DNA of 64,000 nucleotides from Flagellimonas algarum (GTDB taxonomy: Bacteria > Bacteroidota > Bacteroidia > Flavobacteriales > Flavobacteriaceae): the NCBI RefSeq assembly GCF_040513375.1, contig NZ_JBEVTG010000001.1, forward strand, positions 952,244 through 1,016,243, written 5' to 3'. This document shows, one piece after another, positions 39,287 to 49,947 of this stretch (its first letter is position 1; each line of letters opens with the position of its first letter). The position numbers and the translations under genes were made by a program. The notes beneath the pieces were generated by a model. That model ran no database searches. It saw nothing but the letters and a program-made list of their open reading frames with translations, and was not told where the DNA came from.

Positions 39287-39292
39287 TGGAAC

Positions 39293-40048
39293 TCAACGGA
39301 ACAAGATCGCCACGGCGCCAACTGCCGTAACGGCCAAAATGAAATAGCGATAGCTTTGCTCCCCGATTTTCTTGACCAAAAATACCCCGGTGACCAAGCC
39401 GACCAATATAGCCGGCAGCAGTTTGAGATTGATTTCTAGGGTTTCTGTTGAAATGGTCTCCCAGACGAAAAGGTGAAAGGGCAATTTGAAGGCATTGGTG
39501 ATCAAAAACAACCAGGCCGCAGTACCCACAAAGGCATTTTTGGGCAATTTGAGAGCTAGAAAAAAGATGTTGGTAAAGGCCCCCGCCAAATTACCGATCA
39601 TGGTGCAAATGCCGGCCAAGATGCCAATGCCCCCTGCGAATCCCCAATGTTCGGGCACGGCTTTGGTCTTCATCCGATCCCAGTACACCAAAACGCCCAA
39701 GCTGAGGTAGATGATGACGACCATGCCGATCTTGAATTCGGTCTCCGGCAGATCCTTCCCCAAAAAGGTGCCCAGTAAGATACCCGCGAGCATCCAAGGC
39801 AAGAATCGCAGCAAATACTTCCATTGGGTATGCCGATTGTAATAGAGTACTGCGAACACATCGCCGACCAATAATAGGGGAATGATGAGTCCCGTCGATT
39901 GCCGGGCACCAAAGGCCAATGCCATTAAGGTGACATTGAAGATCGACATGCCTTTCAAGCCGGCTTTCGAAACCCCCATTAAAAAGGACGCGGTAAAGGC
40001 CAATACCCAAGAGGAGGTTGAAAGGTCGATGGTCGAAAGTGTTTGCAT
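39293..40048 (-). CDS. TSUP-family (TauE/SafE) membrane transporter
   Basis: 251 aa with about eight TM segments. GVSKAGLKGMSIFNVTLMALAF and repeated G-rich helices are typical of TauE/SafE. Confidence 0.7.
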   Translation of the reverse strand: MQTLSTIDLSTSSWVLAFTASFLMGVSKAGLKGMSIFNVTLMALAFGARQSTGLIIPLLLVGDVFAVLYYNRHTQWKYLLRFLPWMLAGILLGTFLGKDLPETEFKIGMVVIIYLSLGVLVYWDRMKTKAVPEHWGFAGGIGILAGICTMIGNLAGAFTNIFFLALKLPKNAFVGTAAWLFLITNAFKLPFHLFVWETISTETLEINLKLLPAILVGLVTGVFLVKKIGEQSYRYFILAVTAVGAVAILFR

Positions 40049-40213
40049 ACAGGCTAGCTACCGCAAAAATACCCATTCTCCGCTCAAGGGCGAACCGTCT
40101 TTTGCCGTTGATAGCATTTTGTCATTCTTTGCTAGGAATGTTGCAAAAACAAGGGGGCGTTCAAGGCCGTGCCAAAAAAGTAATATCTTTAGAAATCAAC
40201 CAATTAATAAACT

Positions 40214-42025
40214 ATGCAACTCAGTACCCTCGACTATGTGCTGATTTTCGGCTTTTTTGCCATCGTGCTCTCTATTGGGATCTACGTATCGAAAAAATCA
40301 GGCAAAGACTCCTCTGAATACTTTCTTTCAGGCCGAACCATGCCCTGGTGGCTGCTGGGCCTTTCGATGGTCGCCACGACCTTTTCGACCGACACCCCCA
40401 ATTTGGTGACCGATTTGGTTCGCTCGAGCGGAGTCTCCGCCAACTGGGGCTGGTGGTGTTTTTTGTTGACGGGCATGCTGACGGTTTTCGTCTATGCCAA
40501 ACTCTGGCGTAAGTCGAATGTCAAGACCGATCTGGAATTCTATGAACTGCGCTATGGGGGAAAGCCCGCAAGCTTTCTTCGCAAGTTCCGCGCCGTGTAT
40601 TTGGGCATCCTGTTCAATGTGATTACCATGTCGGCCGTAACCTTGGCGGCGATCAAGATCGGCGGCGTCATGTTGGGCTTGGAACCTTGGGTCACCGTGG
40701 TGGCCGCAGGCCTGATCACTGTCGTTTTTAGTGCCTTAGGCGGATTCAAAGGGGTGGTCTACAGTGATTTTCTCTTGTTTTTCGTGGCCATGGCCGGGGC
40801 TATAGGCGCTGCGGTCTATTTGGTCAACCTCCCTGAAGTTGGGGGTATCGAAGCCATTTTACAGAACGAAAACGTCAAGGATAAACTGAGCATCCTTCCA
40901 GATTTCAGCGATAAAAAAGCCTTGATTACCATGCTGATCATTCCCCTTGCGGTACAATGGTGGAGTTCATGGTACCCTGGCGGTGAGCCCGGAGGCGGGG
41001 GGTATATCGCCCAGCGCATGCTGGCAGCGAAAAATGAGAACCACGCCATTGGGGCGACCTTCTTTTTCAACATCATGCACTATGCTTTGCGGCCTTGGCC
41101 TTGGATTTTGGTCGCTTTGGCCTCTTTGGTCATCTATCCGGATGTGGCGAGTATACATGAGGCCTTTCCGAACGTAGCGGCTGACAAATTGGGCCATGAC
41201 CTGGCCTATTCGGCCATGTTGACCAAATTACCCAGCGGCTTATTGGGCATCGTTTTGGCCTCTTTGGTCGCAGCCTATATGAGCACGATTTCTACGCAGC
41301 TCAATTGGGGGTCGAGTTATATGGTGTTCGATTTTTACAAACAACAGATCAATCCGAACGCCACTGAAAAGCAGATGGTCGCCGTTGGGCGGTTGTCAAC
41401 GGTGATTTTGATGGTTTTGAGCGCCTTTTTGGCCTTGGCCATGCAGAACGCAATGGGCATCTTCAACTTGCTGCTGTCTTTTGGAGCGGGCACGGGACTC
41501 ATCTTTATCCTGCGCTGGTTCTGGTGGCGGATCAATGCGTGGAGTGAGATAACGGCCATGTTCTCATCGGGCATTTTGGCCATTCTGTTGGAGACCACCT
41601 CCTTGAGAGGCTTTTTGTTCGGCGCCGAAAATGGCTTGTTGCCCGACTGGGGCGAACTGCCCTTTATCATGGTCATCACCACTATCATTTGGTTGACGGC
41701 CACCTTTGTGACCCAACCCGAGTCTAAAGAAGTCTTGCAACAGTTCTATAAGAAAATCCAACCTGGAGGTCCAGGCTGGTCTAAAGTCATCGCGGAAGCC
41801 GAAGAGGAATCGGTCGATATCGTCGAGGAGGGTGCTAAATGGAGTGTGCCCTCGGGGATTACCGCTATGTTATTGGGGGTATTGCTAATCTACACCATCA
41901 TGTTCGCCACCGGATACTGGATCTATGGAGAAACGACCTTGGCGATGGTACTGACCGCTGTGGCGGCCGTAGCGGGGTACCTGCTTACCCGGGTTTGGAA
42001 TACTATGAAAGACAACATCCTTTGA
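40214..42025 (+). CDS. Sodium:solute symporter (SSS family)
   Basis: 603 aa with 13-14 TM segments. N-terminal SEYFLSGRTMPWWLLGLSMVATTFSTDT is the SSS signature region. Confidence 0.8.
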   Translation: MQLSTLDYVLIFGFFAIVLSIGIYVSKKSGKDSSEYFLSGRTMPWWLLGLSMVATTFSTDTPNLVTDLVRSSGVSANWGWWCFLLTGMLTVFVYAKLWRKSNVKTDLEFYELRYGGKPASFLRKFRAVYLGILFNVITMSAVTLAAIKIGGVMLGLEPWVTVVAAGLITVVFSALGGFKGVVYSDFLLFFVAMAGAIGAAVYLVNLPEVGGIEAILQNENVKDKLSILPDFSDKKALITMLIIPLAVQWWSSWYPGGEPGGGGYIAQRMLAAKNENHAIGATFFFNIMHYALRPWPWILVALASLVIYPDVASIHEAFPNVAADKLGHDLAYSAMLTKLPSGLLGIVLASLVAAYMSTISTQLNWGSSYMVFDFYKQQINPNATEKQMVAVGRLSTVILMVLSAFLALAMQNAMGIFNLLLSFGAGTGLIFILRWFWWRINAWSEITAMFSSGILAILLETTSLRGFLFGAENGLLPDWGELPFIMVITTIIWLTATFVTQPESKEVLQQFYKKIQPGGPGWSKVIAEAEEESVDIVEEGAKWSVPSGITAMLLGVLLIYTIMFATGYWIYGETTLAMVLTAVAAVAGYLLTRVWNTMKDNIL

Positions 42026-42026
42026 T

Positions 42027-43115
42027 ATGAAAAATAGAATCCTTTCGGTCGATATCTTTCGGGGCATGACCATCGTGTTGATGATCTTGGTGAACACACC
42101 CGGCACCTGGTCGAATGTCTACGCCCCTCTTTTACATGCGAAATGGCATGGGTACACCCCAACAGATCTGGTTTTTCCGTTTTTTCTGTTCATCGTGGGC
42201 ACCTCGATTGTCTTCGCCTATCAAAACAAGCAAGCTTCCCCCGTGATTTATAAGAAAATCACCATACGAAGCCTAAAACTGATTGGCTTAGGATTGTTCC
42301 TCGGGGCCTTCACCATCAGTTTTCCCTTCATTAAAGAGTTCGCCGACATCCGTTTCCCGGGGGTATTGCAACGTATCGGCGTCGTCTTTTTCTTTGCGGC
42401 CTTGTTGTTCTTGAACCTGCATTGGAAAAAGTTGATCTGGGTGGCGGTTGCCTTGTTGGTGGGGTATTATTTGTTGATGGCCTTCGTACCCGTTGAGGGG
42501 GTGGCCTCGACCTTTGAGCGCGCTCCGAACAACCTGGCCAACTATATCGACGTACAGTTGTTCGGCACCCACAACTACAAGCCCGATTACGATCCAGAGG
42601 GATTGTTGAGTACGATTCCTTCGGTGGTGAGTTCCCTGTTGGGAATCTTCACCGGATTGATCTTGGTATCGAAACAGCAAAAGAAAGCCACCCTACTCTT
42701 TGGCATCGGTGGCGGCCTTTTGCTTTTAGGACACCTCTGGGATTTTATCTTTCCGATCAATAAAGCCCTTTGGACCAGCAGCTTCGTGTTGGTGACCGCA
42801 GGCTGGGCCAACATTGTTTTGGCGCTGATCTATTACTTGACCGATATCAAGGACATCCGATTCGGAAGTATCTTTCGCTACGCCGGGGCCAATGCGATCG
42901 TGGTCTACTTCCTATCGAGCTTTATTAGCAAGTTGTTTTACCTGATCAAGGTGGATGGGGAGACCTCCCTCCATGGCTGGTTGTTCCAAACGATTTACGT
43001 ACATGACGGCCTATCGATGGAACTTTCTTCCTTGCTCTACGGATTGACGGTAGTGGGTTTTTATTGCCTGCTGGCCTATGTGCTTTACAAGCGGAAGATC
43101 TTCATCAAGGTTTAG
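42027..43115 (+). CDS. DUF1624/HGSNAT-like transmembrane acyltransferase-family protein
   Basis: RILSVDIFRGMTIVLMILVNTPGTW. About 10 TM segments. Adjacent to the SSS gene (2-nt intergenic gap, same strand). Confidence 0.55.
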   Translation: MKNRILSVDIFRGMTIVLMILVNTPGTWSNVYAPLLHAKWHGYTPTDLVFPFFLFIVGTSIVFAYQNKQASPVIYKKITIRSLKLIGLGLFLGAFTISFPFIKEFADIRFPGVLQRIGVVFFFAALLFLNLHWKKLIWVAVALLVGYYLLMAFVPVEGVASTFERAPNNLANYIDVQLFGTHNYKPDYDPEGLLSTIPSVVSSLLGIFTGLILVSKQQKKATLLFGIGGGLLLLGHLWDFIFPINKALWTSSFVLVTAGWANIVLALIYYLTDIKDIRFGSIFRYAGANAIVVYFLSSFISKLFYLIKVDGETSLHGWLFQTIYVHDGLSMELSSLLYGLTVVGFYCLLAYVLYKRKIFIKV

Positions 43116-43702
43116 TCACGCAAGGTAATCAAGCGGGCCACATACTTTCCGATCACATCGAATTCAAGGTTGACCGTATCGCCTACCTTATAGCTATGGA
43201 ATCGCGTATGCTCGTAGGTATACGGAATAATGGCCACACTGAAGGCATCACGTTTGGAGTCGACAACGGTCAGGCTTACGCCGTCAACGGTAATCGAACC
43301 TTTTTCAATGGTGATATTCCCTAAATCGGGATCGTATCGGAAGCTGAAGAACCAGCTGCCGTCCTTTTCCTCAATGGCGGTGCAGGTCGCCGTCTGGTCG
43401 ACATGGCCTTGTACGATATGCCCGTCGAGCCGTGCACCCATTTTCATCGCCCGTTCGAGGTTGACCACGGATCCCTCGCTAAGACCTCCTAGGCTCGATT
43501 TTTCCAAGGTTTCGGCAATGGCCGTTACCGTATACCCCGTATCGTTCAAGGCAATGACGGTCAAGCAAACGCCATTGTGCGCCAGGCTCTGATCGATCTG
43601 CAGTTCGGGAGCGAGTTCTGAATCGATCGTGAGGTGTAAATTCGAACCTTCGGCCTCCAATTTCGCCACGGTTCCCAGGGTTTCAATAATGCCCGTAAAC
43701 AT
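43112..43702 (-). CDS. ribE: Riboflavin synthase alpha subunit
   Basis: MFTGIIETLGTV...GHIVQGHVDQTATC, a duplicated lumazine-binding fold. 196 aa. Confidence 0.85.
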   Translation of the reverse strand: MFTGIIETLGTVAKLEAEGSNLHLTIDSELAPELQIDQSLAHNGVCLTVIALNDTGYTVTAIAETLEKSSLGGLSEGSVVNLERAMKMGARLDGHIVQGHVDQTATCTAIEEKDGSWFFSFRYDPDLGNITIEKGSITVDGVSLTVVDSKRDAFSVAIIPYTYEHTRFHSYKVGDTVNLEFDVIGKYVARLITLRD

Positions 43703-43757
43703 AATCGTATAATTAAGTAGCTTTGCGTGGTAAAATTAGGCAATGCGTTTTTGATTT

Positions 43758-44834
43758 ATGGGCGAACAGCGAAAAATACGGTTGGGAATTTCAGTGGGTG
43801 ATTTGAACGGCATCGGCTGCGAGGTCGCACTTCGTTCCTTCGAAGATGCCCGAATGCTCGATTTCTGTACACCGGTCCTATTCGCTTCGAACAAAGCGAT
43901 ATCACACCAAAAACAGACCCTGGGCATCCCGATCAGCTTCAATGGTATCCGAGAGGCATCAAAGGCGGTTGACGGCAAGTTGAACGTGGTCAACGTTTGG
44001 AGAGAGCCCTTTGAGACCGAATTCGGCCAAGCTACCGGATTAGGGGGTGAATTTGCGATCAAGTCCTTGCGAGCGGCAGTGGCGAGTTTAAAGAAAAACG
44101 AAATCGACGTTTTGGTGACCGCCCCGATCAACAAGAACAACATCCAATCGGAAGCTTTTAATTTTCCGGGGCATACTGATTTTTTAGCCCAGGAACTCGA
44201 TGGCGAAAGCCTGATGTTCATGGTGGCAGGTTCGCTCCGCGTCGGTTTGTTGACCGATCATATTGCGGTGAAGGAGGTAGCGGCGAGCATCAGTTCGAAG
44301 GTGGTGCGCAATAAGGTGCTGACCATGCTGAAATCGCTGAGAATGGATTTCGGCATCCGAAAACCTAAAATCGCCCTGTTAGGCATCAACCCGCATAGTG
44401 GGGATAACGGCACGATCGGCGAAGAAGACGAAAAAGTCATGAAACCCACCATTGAAGGCCTATTCAATGAAGGGCATTTGGTTTATGGGCCCTATTCCGC
44501 AGATAGTTTTTTCGGTTCAAACGGCCATCATAAGTTCGATGCCATCTTGGCAGCCTATCACGACCAAGGCCTGATACCTTTCAAAACCCTGTCGTTCGGG
44601 CAAGGGGTGAACTTCACCGCCGGACTTTCAAAAGTACGTACTTCACCAGACCACGGAACGGCCTATGAAATCGCCGGTCAAGGCAAGGCCGATGCCAGCT
44701 CGTTCAAAGAGGCGGTATTCACGGCCCTCAAGGTATTCAAGAACCGAATGGAGTTCGCCGAACTCACCCAAAATCCGCTAAAAAAGCAAAACCCCAAGAA
44801 CCATAACAAAAAAGGGAAGGGGGCAACGGCATAA
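43758..44834 (+). CDS. pdxA: 4-hydroxythreonine-4-phosphate dehydrogenase
   Basis: GISVGDLNGIGCEV, FPGHTDFLA and GDNGTIGEED motifs. 358 aa. Confidence 0.8.
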   Translation: MGEQRKIRLGISVGDLNGIGCEVALRSFEDARMLDFCTPVLFASNKAISHQKQTLGIPISFNGIREASKAVDGKLNVVNVWREPFETEFGQATGLGGEFAIKSLRAAVASLKKNEIDVLVTAPINKNNIQSEAFNFPGHTDFLAQELDGESLMFMVAGSLRVGLLTDHIAVKEVAASISSKVVRNKVLTMLKSLRMDFGIRKPKIALLGINPHSGDNGTIGEEDEKVMKPTIEGLFNEGHLVYGPYSADSFFGSNGHHKFDAILAAYHDQGLIPFKTLSFGQGVNFTAGLSKVRTSPDHGTAYEIAGQGKADASSFKEAVFTALKVFKNRMEFAELTQNPLKKQNPKNHNKKGKGATA

Positions 44835-44934
44835 AACCCTATTTTTATTTGGTTTAGGAATTGTGCTTTTGCAAATAAATGGTATCTTTGCCCCCGCCTT
44901 ATCAGGCTGATGCACAAATGATAAGTGTAGGAAC

Positions 44935-45465
44935 ATGAAGTTGAGAGCGTTTTATATTCCATTTTCGGGACTAAAACAGGGAAAACACGAATTTGCGTAT
45001 TCAATTGACAATGCGTTCTTTGAATCTTTTGATTACCAAGAGTTTAACGACTCAGCGATAGAAGTCGTGGCCGTTTTGAACAAAATGAGCACCATGATGG
45101 AACTCGAGATAACGGCCAGCGGAACGGTCAACGTCAATTGCGATGTAACCAATGAACCGTTCGACCTGCCCCTTAGCGCGAGTTTGCCGTTGGTCATTAA
45201 ATTCGGGGAGGAATTCAACGATGAGGATGATGAAATCCTGATCCTTCCGCATGGCGAACACCAGTTCAGCATCGCACAGTACATGTACGAAATGCTTGTG
45301 TTGGCCGTTCCCCAGAAACGGGTGCATCCAGGAGTTGCCGATGGAAGTTTGCAATCGGAAGCCCTCGATAAACTCGAAACCCTTGGTTTGAAAGAAGAGA
45401 ACGAGACATCAGAACAGACCGACCCGCGATGGGACGATTTAAAAAAATTATTAAACGATAAATAG
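44935..45465 (+). CDS. YceD/DUF177 family protein (precedes rpmF)
   Basis: 176 aa and acidic. Lies immediately upstream of L32, the conserved position. Confidence 0.7.
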   Translation: MKLRAFYIPFSGLKQGKHEFAYSIDNAFFESFDYQEFNDSAIEVVAVLNKMSTMMELEITASGTVNVNCDVTNEPFDLPLSASLPLVIKFGEEFNDEDDEILILPHGEHQFSIAQYMYEMLVLAVPQKRVHPGVADGSLQSEALDKLETLGLKEENETSEQTDPRWDDLKKLLNDK

Positions 45466-45471
45466 GTAACG

Positions 45472-45672
45472 ATGGCACATCCTAAAAGAAAAATATCAAA
45501 AACCAGAAGGGACAAAAGACGTACCCATTACAAGGCCACTATGCCAACCATCGCCAAAGATCCTTCAACTGGCGAGATGCATTTGTTCCACAGGGCGCAC
45601 TGGCATGAGGGCAAATTGTATTATAGAGGTCAGGTTTTGATCGACAAAGCCGAAGAGGAAAACGCTGCCTAA
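45472..45672 (+). CDS. rpmF: 50S ribosomal protein L32
   Basis: [21 protein letters not shown]. Confidence 0.9.
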   Translation: MAHPKRKISKTRRDKRRTHYKATMPTIAKDPSTGEMHLFHRAHWHEGKLYYRGQVLIDKAEEENAA

Positions 45673-45699
45673 GCGACTTCGGATACCGAAAAAATGGAA

Positions 45700-45731
45700 C
45701 TCCCGACGTGAAGAATGTCGGGAGTTTTTTT
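45700..45731 (+). terminator. Rho-independent terminator after rpmF
   Basis: CTCCCGAC GTGAAGAAT GTCGGGAG followed by TTTTTTT. Confidence 0.7.
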
Positions 45732-45834
45732 ATGGGGCGAATTTTTCGAAAACAAACAATTTTGGCACAAAAAGTCATGGAAAATCACTATTTTTCACCG
45801 CTTTTGGGTCAAAAACACAACTTTTTGACCAAAA

Positions 45835-46842
45835 ATGAAGGGCAATATGACTAAACTAAAAGCAGCAATTACCGCTGTTGGGGCCTATCTCCCAGAATTC
45901 GTTTTGACCAATAAATTGTTGGAGGGCATGGTCGATACCAATGATGAATGGATCACTAGTAGAACCGGAATCAAAGAACGAAGGATCTTGAAGGAAGAAG
46001 GCAAAGGCACCTCCTTCATGGCCATCAAAGCCGCAGAAGACCTTATGGCCAAGACGGGTTTGGATCCAAAAGACATCGACATGATCATCATGGCTACGGC
46101 CACTCCAGATCTTCCGGTCGCAGCGACCGGTGCCTACGTGGCCTCCGAGATCGGAGCAACGAACGCCTTTTCATATGACCTTCAAGCCGCATGCAGTAGC
46201 TTTCTTTACGGCATGTCTACCGCCGCTTCGTATGTGGAGTCGGGCCGTTACAAAAAAGTGTTGTTGATCGGGGCCGATAAGATGTCTTCGATCATTGATT
46301 ATACCGACCGTACCACCTGTATCATTTTCGGTGATGGGGCCGGGGCCGTTCTATTCGAACCCAACGAAGAAGGTATGGGCTTGCAAGATGAGTATCTACG
46401 ATCCGATGGGATCGGACGACAGTTCTTGAAAATCGATGCCGGCGGATCGATCTTACCCGCAAGTACCGAAACGGTGAACAACAAACAACACTATGTGTTT
46501 CAAGACGGGAAATCGGTGTTCAAATTCGCGGTTTCGAATATGGCCGATGTTTCCGCCAAGATCATGGAGCGCAACGCATTGACCCATGAAGACGTGCATT
46601 GGTTGGTACCGCACCAAGCCAACAAACGGATCATTGATGCCACTGCAAGGCGTATGGGCCTAGATGATGCGAAGGTGATGATGAACATCCACCGATACGG
46701 CAATACGACTTCGGCCACCTTGCCGTTGCTTTTGCACGATTATGAAAAACAACTGAAAAAAGGGGATAATCTGGTATTCGCGGCCTTCGGGGGCGGATTC
46801 ACATGGGGTTCCGTTTACCTGAAATGGGCCTACAATTCATAA
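45835..46842 (+). CDS. fabH: 3-oxoacyl-ACP synthase III (start could be the ATG at 45847)
   Basis: AITAVGAYLPE, active-site Cys region AACSSFLYG, and C-terminal HQANKRI and GNTTSATLP motifs. Confidence 0.9.
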   Translation: MKGNMTKLKAAITAVGAYLPEFVLTNKLLEGMVDTNDEWITSRTGIKERRILKEEGKGTSFMAIKAAEDLMAKTGLDPKDIDMIIMATATPDLPVAATGAYVASEIGATNAFSYDLQAACSSFLYGMSTAASYVESGRYKKVLLIGADKMSSIIDYTDRTTCIIFGDGAGAVLFEPNEEGMGLQDEYLRSDGIGRQFLKIDAGGSILPASTETVNNKQHYVFQDGKSVFKFAVSNMADVSAKIMERNALTHEDVHWLVPHQANKRIIDATARRMGLDDAKVMMNIHRYGNTTSATLPLLLHDYEKQLKKGDNLVFAAFGGGFTWGSVYLKWAYNS

Positions 46843-46866
46843 CATCAACTAACTAAATCAAATTCA

Positions 46867-47361
46867 ATGGATATTAAGGAAATTCAAAGTCTAATCAAGT
46901 TCGTGGCCAAATCCGGTGCCAGCGAAGTGAAATTAGAAATGGAAGACGTCAAGATTACCATTCGAACCGGTAGTGCCTCGTCTACACCTGAAACGACCAT
47001 CGTTCAGCAAATTCCAATGGCGCAGGCCCCCGTGGCTGCCGCTCCGGCGCCCGTCGCCGCTGAGACCCCAGCCGCACCTGCAGCTCCCGCTGCTCCCGCC
47101 CCTGCGGATGATGAATCGAAATACATCACCATCAAATCACCGATCATCGGTACCTTCTATCGCAAACCTTCTCCAGACAAACCTGCTTTCGTCGAAGTGG
47201 GATCTGATATCAAGAAGGGCGACGTGCTTTGCGTCATCGAAGCGATGAAGCTATTCAACGACATCGAATCGGAGGTCGCCGGTAAGATCGTCAAAGTTTT
47301 GGTCGACGATTCTTCACCAGTAGAGTTCGATCAACCCTTGTTCTTGGTCGACCCGAGTTAA
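46867..47361 (+). CDS. accB: Biotin carboxyl carrier protein of acetyl-CoA carboxylase
   Basis: Pro/Ala-rich linker, then a biotinyl domain with the EAMKLFNDIESE motif. Confidence 0.9.
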   Translation: MDIKEIQSLIKFVAKSGASEVKLEMEDVKITIRTGSASSTPETTIVQQIPMAQAPVAAAPAPVAAETPAAPAAPAAPAPADDESKYITIKSPIIGTFYRKPSPDKPAFVEVGSDIKKGDVLCVIEAMKLFNDIESEVAGKIVKVLVDDSSPVEFDQPLFLVDPS

Positions 47362-47438
47362 GCCGTACCCTTCCAAACCCTAATCCGATCTGTTCGGGAA
47401 ACCAGGGTTGTGAAATCAAAGCGTTCAAAACTTAAGCT

Positions 47439-48791
47439 ATGTTCAAAAAAATATTGATAGCCAATAGGGGGGAAATCGCACTTCGCGTCATCCGTACCTG
47501 TAAAGAAATGGGGATTAAGACGGTCGCGGTATATTCCAAAGCCGACGAGGAAAGCCTTCACGTCCGTTTCGCCGATGAGGCGGTATGTATCGGACCCGCT
47601 CCGAGTAAGGAATCCTATTTGAAGATCCCGAACATCATCGCCGCTGCCGAGATTACCAATGCGGATGCCATCCATCCAGGATATGGATTCTTGTCCGAGA
47701 ATTCGAAATTCTCAAAAATCTGTGCAGAGCACGATATCAAGTTCATTGGGGCCTCTGGGGAACAGATCGATAAAATGGGAGACAAGGCCACGGCCAAAGA
47801 AACCATGAAGAAGGCGGGCGTGCCTACCATTCCTGGTTCCGAGGGCTTGTTGAAAGACGCTGCCGACGCCAAGAAGGTCGCCAAGAAAATGGGATATCCC
47901 GTTATGATCAAAGCTACCGCCGGTGGTGGTGGTAAAGGGATGCGGGCCATTTGGAGCGAAGACGAATTGGAGAGCAATTTTGAAAGCGCCGTGCAAGAAG
48001 CGACTGCCGCTTTTGGAAACGGGGGCATGTATATGGAAAAATTGATCGAAGAACCGCGCCATATCGAAATCCAAGTGGTCGGAGATCAATACGGGAAAGC
48101 CTGTCACCTTTCTGAGCGGGATTGTTCTGTACAGCGTAGGCACCAGAAATTGACCGAAGAGACACCATCACCCTTTATGACCGATAAATTGCGGGAAGAA
48201 ATGGGTGCTGCCGCGGTCAAAGCCGCTGAATACATTAAGTACGAAGGTGCGGGTACCGTCGAATTTTTGGTCGATAAACACCGGAACTTCTACTTTATGG
48301 AGATGAACACCCGGATCCAGGTCGAGCATCCGATTACCGAACAGGTCATCGATTACGATTTGATCCGCGAGCAAATTTTGGTTGCCGGAGGGGTACCGAT
48401 TTCTGGAAAGAACTACGTTCCGAAATTGCATTCGATCGAATGCCGTATCAACGCGGAAGACCCTTACAACGACTTTAGGCCGTCTCCCGGAAGGATTACG
48501 ACCTTGCACACTCCTGGAGGTCATGGTATCCGATTGGATACGCACGTTTACGGCGGGTATATCATTCCCCCGAACTACGATTCGATGATCGCCAAGTTGA
48601 TAACCACGGCCCAAACCAGGGAAGAGGCGATCAACAAAATGCGCAGGGCGCTGGACGAGTTCGTAATCGAAGGGGTGAAGACGACCATTCCATTCCATCG
48701 CCAGTTGATGGACCATCCTGATTATTTGGCCGGGAATTACACCACCAAGTTCATGGAAGATTTCGAAATGGACGATAAATACCAATATTAA
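47439..48791 (+). CDS. accC: Biotin carboxylase
   Basis: [26 protein letters not shown], an ATP-grasp. 450 aa. Confidence 0.95.
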   Translation: MFKKILIANRGEIALRVIRTCKEMGIKTVAVYSKADEESLHVRFADEAVCIGPAPSKESYLKIPNIIAAAEITNADAIHPGYGFLSENSKFSKICAEHDIKFIGASGEQIDKMGDKATAKETMKKAGVPTIPGSEGLLKDAADAKKVAKKMGYPVMIKATAGGGGKGMRAIWSEDELESNFESAVQEATAAFGNGGMYMEKLIEEPRHIEIQVVGDQYGKACHLSERDCSVQRRHQKLTEETPSPFMTDKLREEMGAAAVKAAEYIKYEGAGTVEFLVDKHRNFYFMEMNTRIQVEHPITEQVIDYDLIREQILVAGGVPISGKNYVPKLHSIECRINAEDPYNDFRPSPGRITTLHTPGGHGIRLDTHVYGGYIIPPNYDSMIAKLITTAQTREEAINKMRRALDEFVIEGVKTTIPFHRQLMDHPDYLAGNYTTKFMEDFEMDDKYQY

Positions 48792-48796
48792 GAGAC

Positions 48797-48821
48797 GCCC
48801 CGACCTTGGTCGGGGTTTTTT
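48797..48821 (+). terminator. Rho-independent terminator after accC
   Basis: GCCCCGACC..GGTCGGGG followed by TTTTTT. Confidence 0.6.
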
Positions 48822-48825
48822 GTAT

Positions 48826-49947
48826 ATGGAATTAAGCTATTGGGAACATAAAACCTGGTTTTCGAACGTCGATTTTACCGTTGTAGGCAGCGGTATCGTT
48901 GGCTTGAATTGTGCGATTGCCTTGAAGGATCGGTACCCTAAGGCCAAAGTCTTGGTCTTGGAGCGCGGCTCGCTACCTCAAGGGGCCAGCACCAAGAATG
49001 CGGGTTTTGCCTGTTTCGGGAGCATATCCGAAATCGTTGCCGATTTGAAACACCATAGCGAACAGGAAGTGTACGATTTGGTCGAACAACGCTGGCAGGG
49101 CATCCGTTCGCTGCGTTCCTTATTGGGTGATGAAGCGCTTTCTTATCAAAACCTGGGGGGACACGAACTGTTTTTAAAGAAAGATACCGCCTTGTTCGAA
49201 TCGTGTAGTGACCAATTGGATCGAGTCAATGGGCTTTTGGAACCTATTTTCGGCCAAGACCCGTTTCGTAAGCAGCCGAACCGCTTTTCGTTCGAAGGCG
49301 TGTTAGACCATTATATTTCGCATCACTATGAAGGCCAAATCGACACCGGTCACATGATGCAACAGTTGCTGCTTATGGCTCAAGGCAAGGGCATATTGCT
49401 CCTCAATCGAATCGAGGTGACCGCTTTTGAGGATTTAGGTGCTAAGGTAGCGGTACAAACCGATGGTTTTGATTTTGAGACCGGCACCTTGTGCGTGGCC
49501 ACCAATGGATTCGCCCAACGGTTATTGAATGAAACCGTTGATCCGGCCAGGGCCCAGGTCTTGATCACCGAACCCATTGCAAACCTTCATATCAAGGGTA
49601 CTTTCCATTTCGATGAGGGCTATTATTATTTTAGGAACATTGATGACCGAATCCTGTTCGGAGGAGGCCGCAATCTCGATTTCGAAGGCGAAACGACCGA
49701 TCATTTTGGCCAGACCGAAGTCATCCAAGCCCAGCTCGAACGGTTGTTGAGAGACATCATCCTTCCGAATAACAAGATAGCCATCGATCAAAGATGGAGT
49801 GGGATCATGGGTGTGGGAACACAGAAAAAACCCATCATCAAAGCCCTTTCGAACAGGGTGTTCTGCGGGGTCAGGTTAGGAGGTATGGGCGTCGCCATCG
49901 GAAGCCATGTCGGGCAGCAGTTGGCCCAATTGGCGAACAAGGCTTAG
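48826..49947 (+). CDS. FAD-dependent oxidoreductase (DAO family). The track start at 48820 is a TTG.
   Basis: Dinucleotide-binding motif VVGSGIVGLNCAIAL...VLVLER. 373 aa from the ATG at 48826. Confidence 0.7.
   Translation: MELSYWEHKTWFSNVDFTVVGSGIVGLNCAIALKDRYPKAKVLVLERGSLPQGASTKNAGFACFGSISEIVADLKHHSEQEVYDLVEQRWQGIRSLRSLLGDEALSYQNLGGHELFLKKDTALFESCSDQLDRVNGLLEPIFGQDPFRKQPNRFSFEGVLDHYISHHYEGQIDTGHMMQQLLLMAQGKGILLLNRIEVTAFEDLGAKVAVQTDGFDFETGTLCVATNGFAQRLLNETVDPARAQVLITEPIANLHIKGTFHFDEGYYYFRNIDDRILFGGGRNLDFEGETTDHFGQTEVIQAQLERLLRDIILPNNKIAIDQRWSGIMGVGTQKKPIIKALSNRVFCGVRLGGMGVAIGSHVGQQLAQLANKA

Noticed and set aside
44935-46842. Absence of plsX between rpmF and fabH, considered as a deletion or rearrangement
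   Set aside because: This is likely lineage-typical operon organisation rather than an anomaly. A strong terminator follows rpmF, and I cannot assess it further without comparative data.
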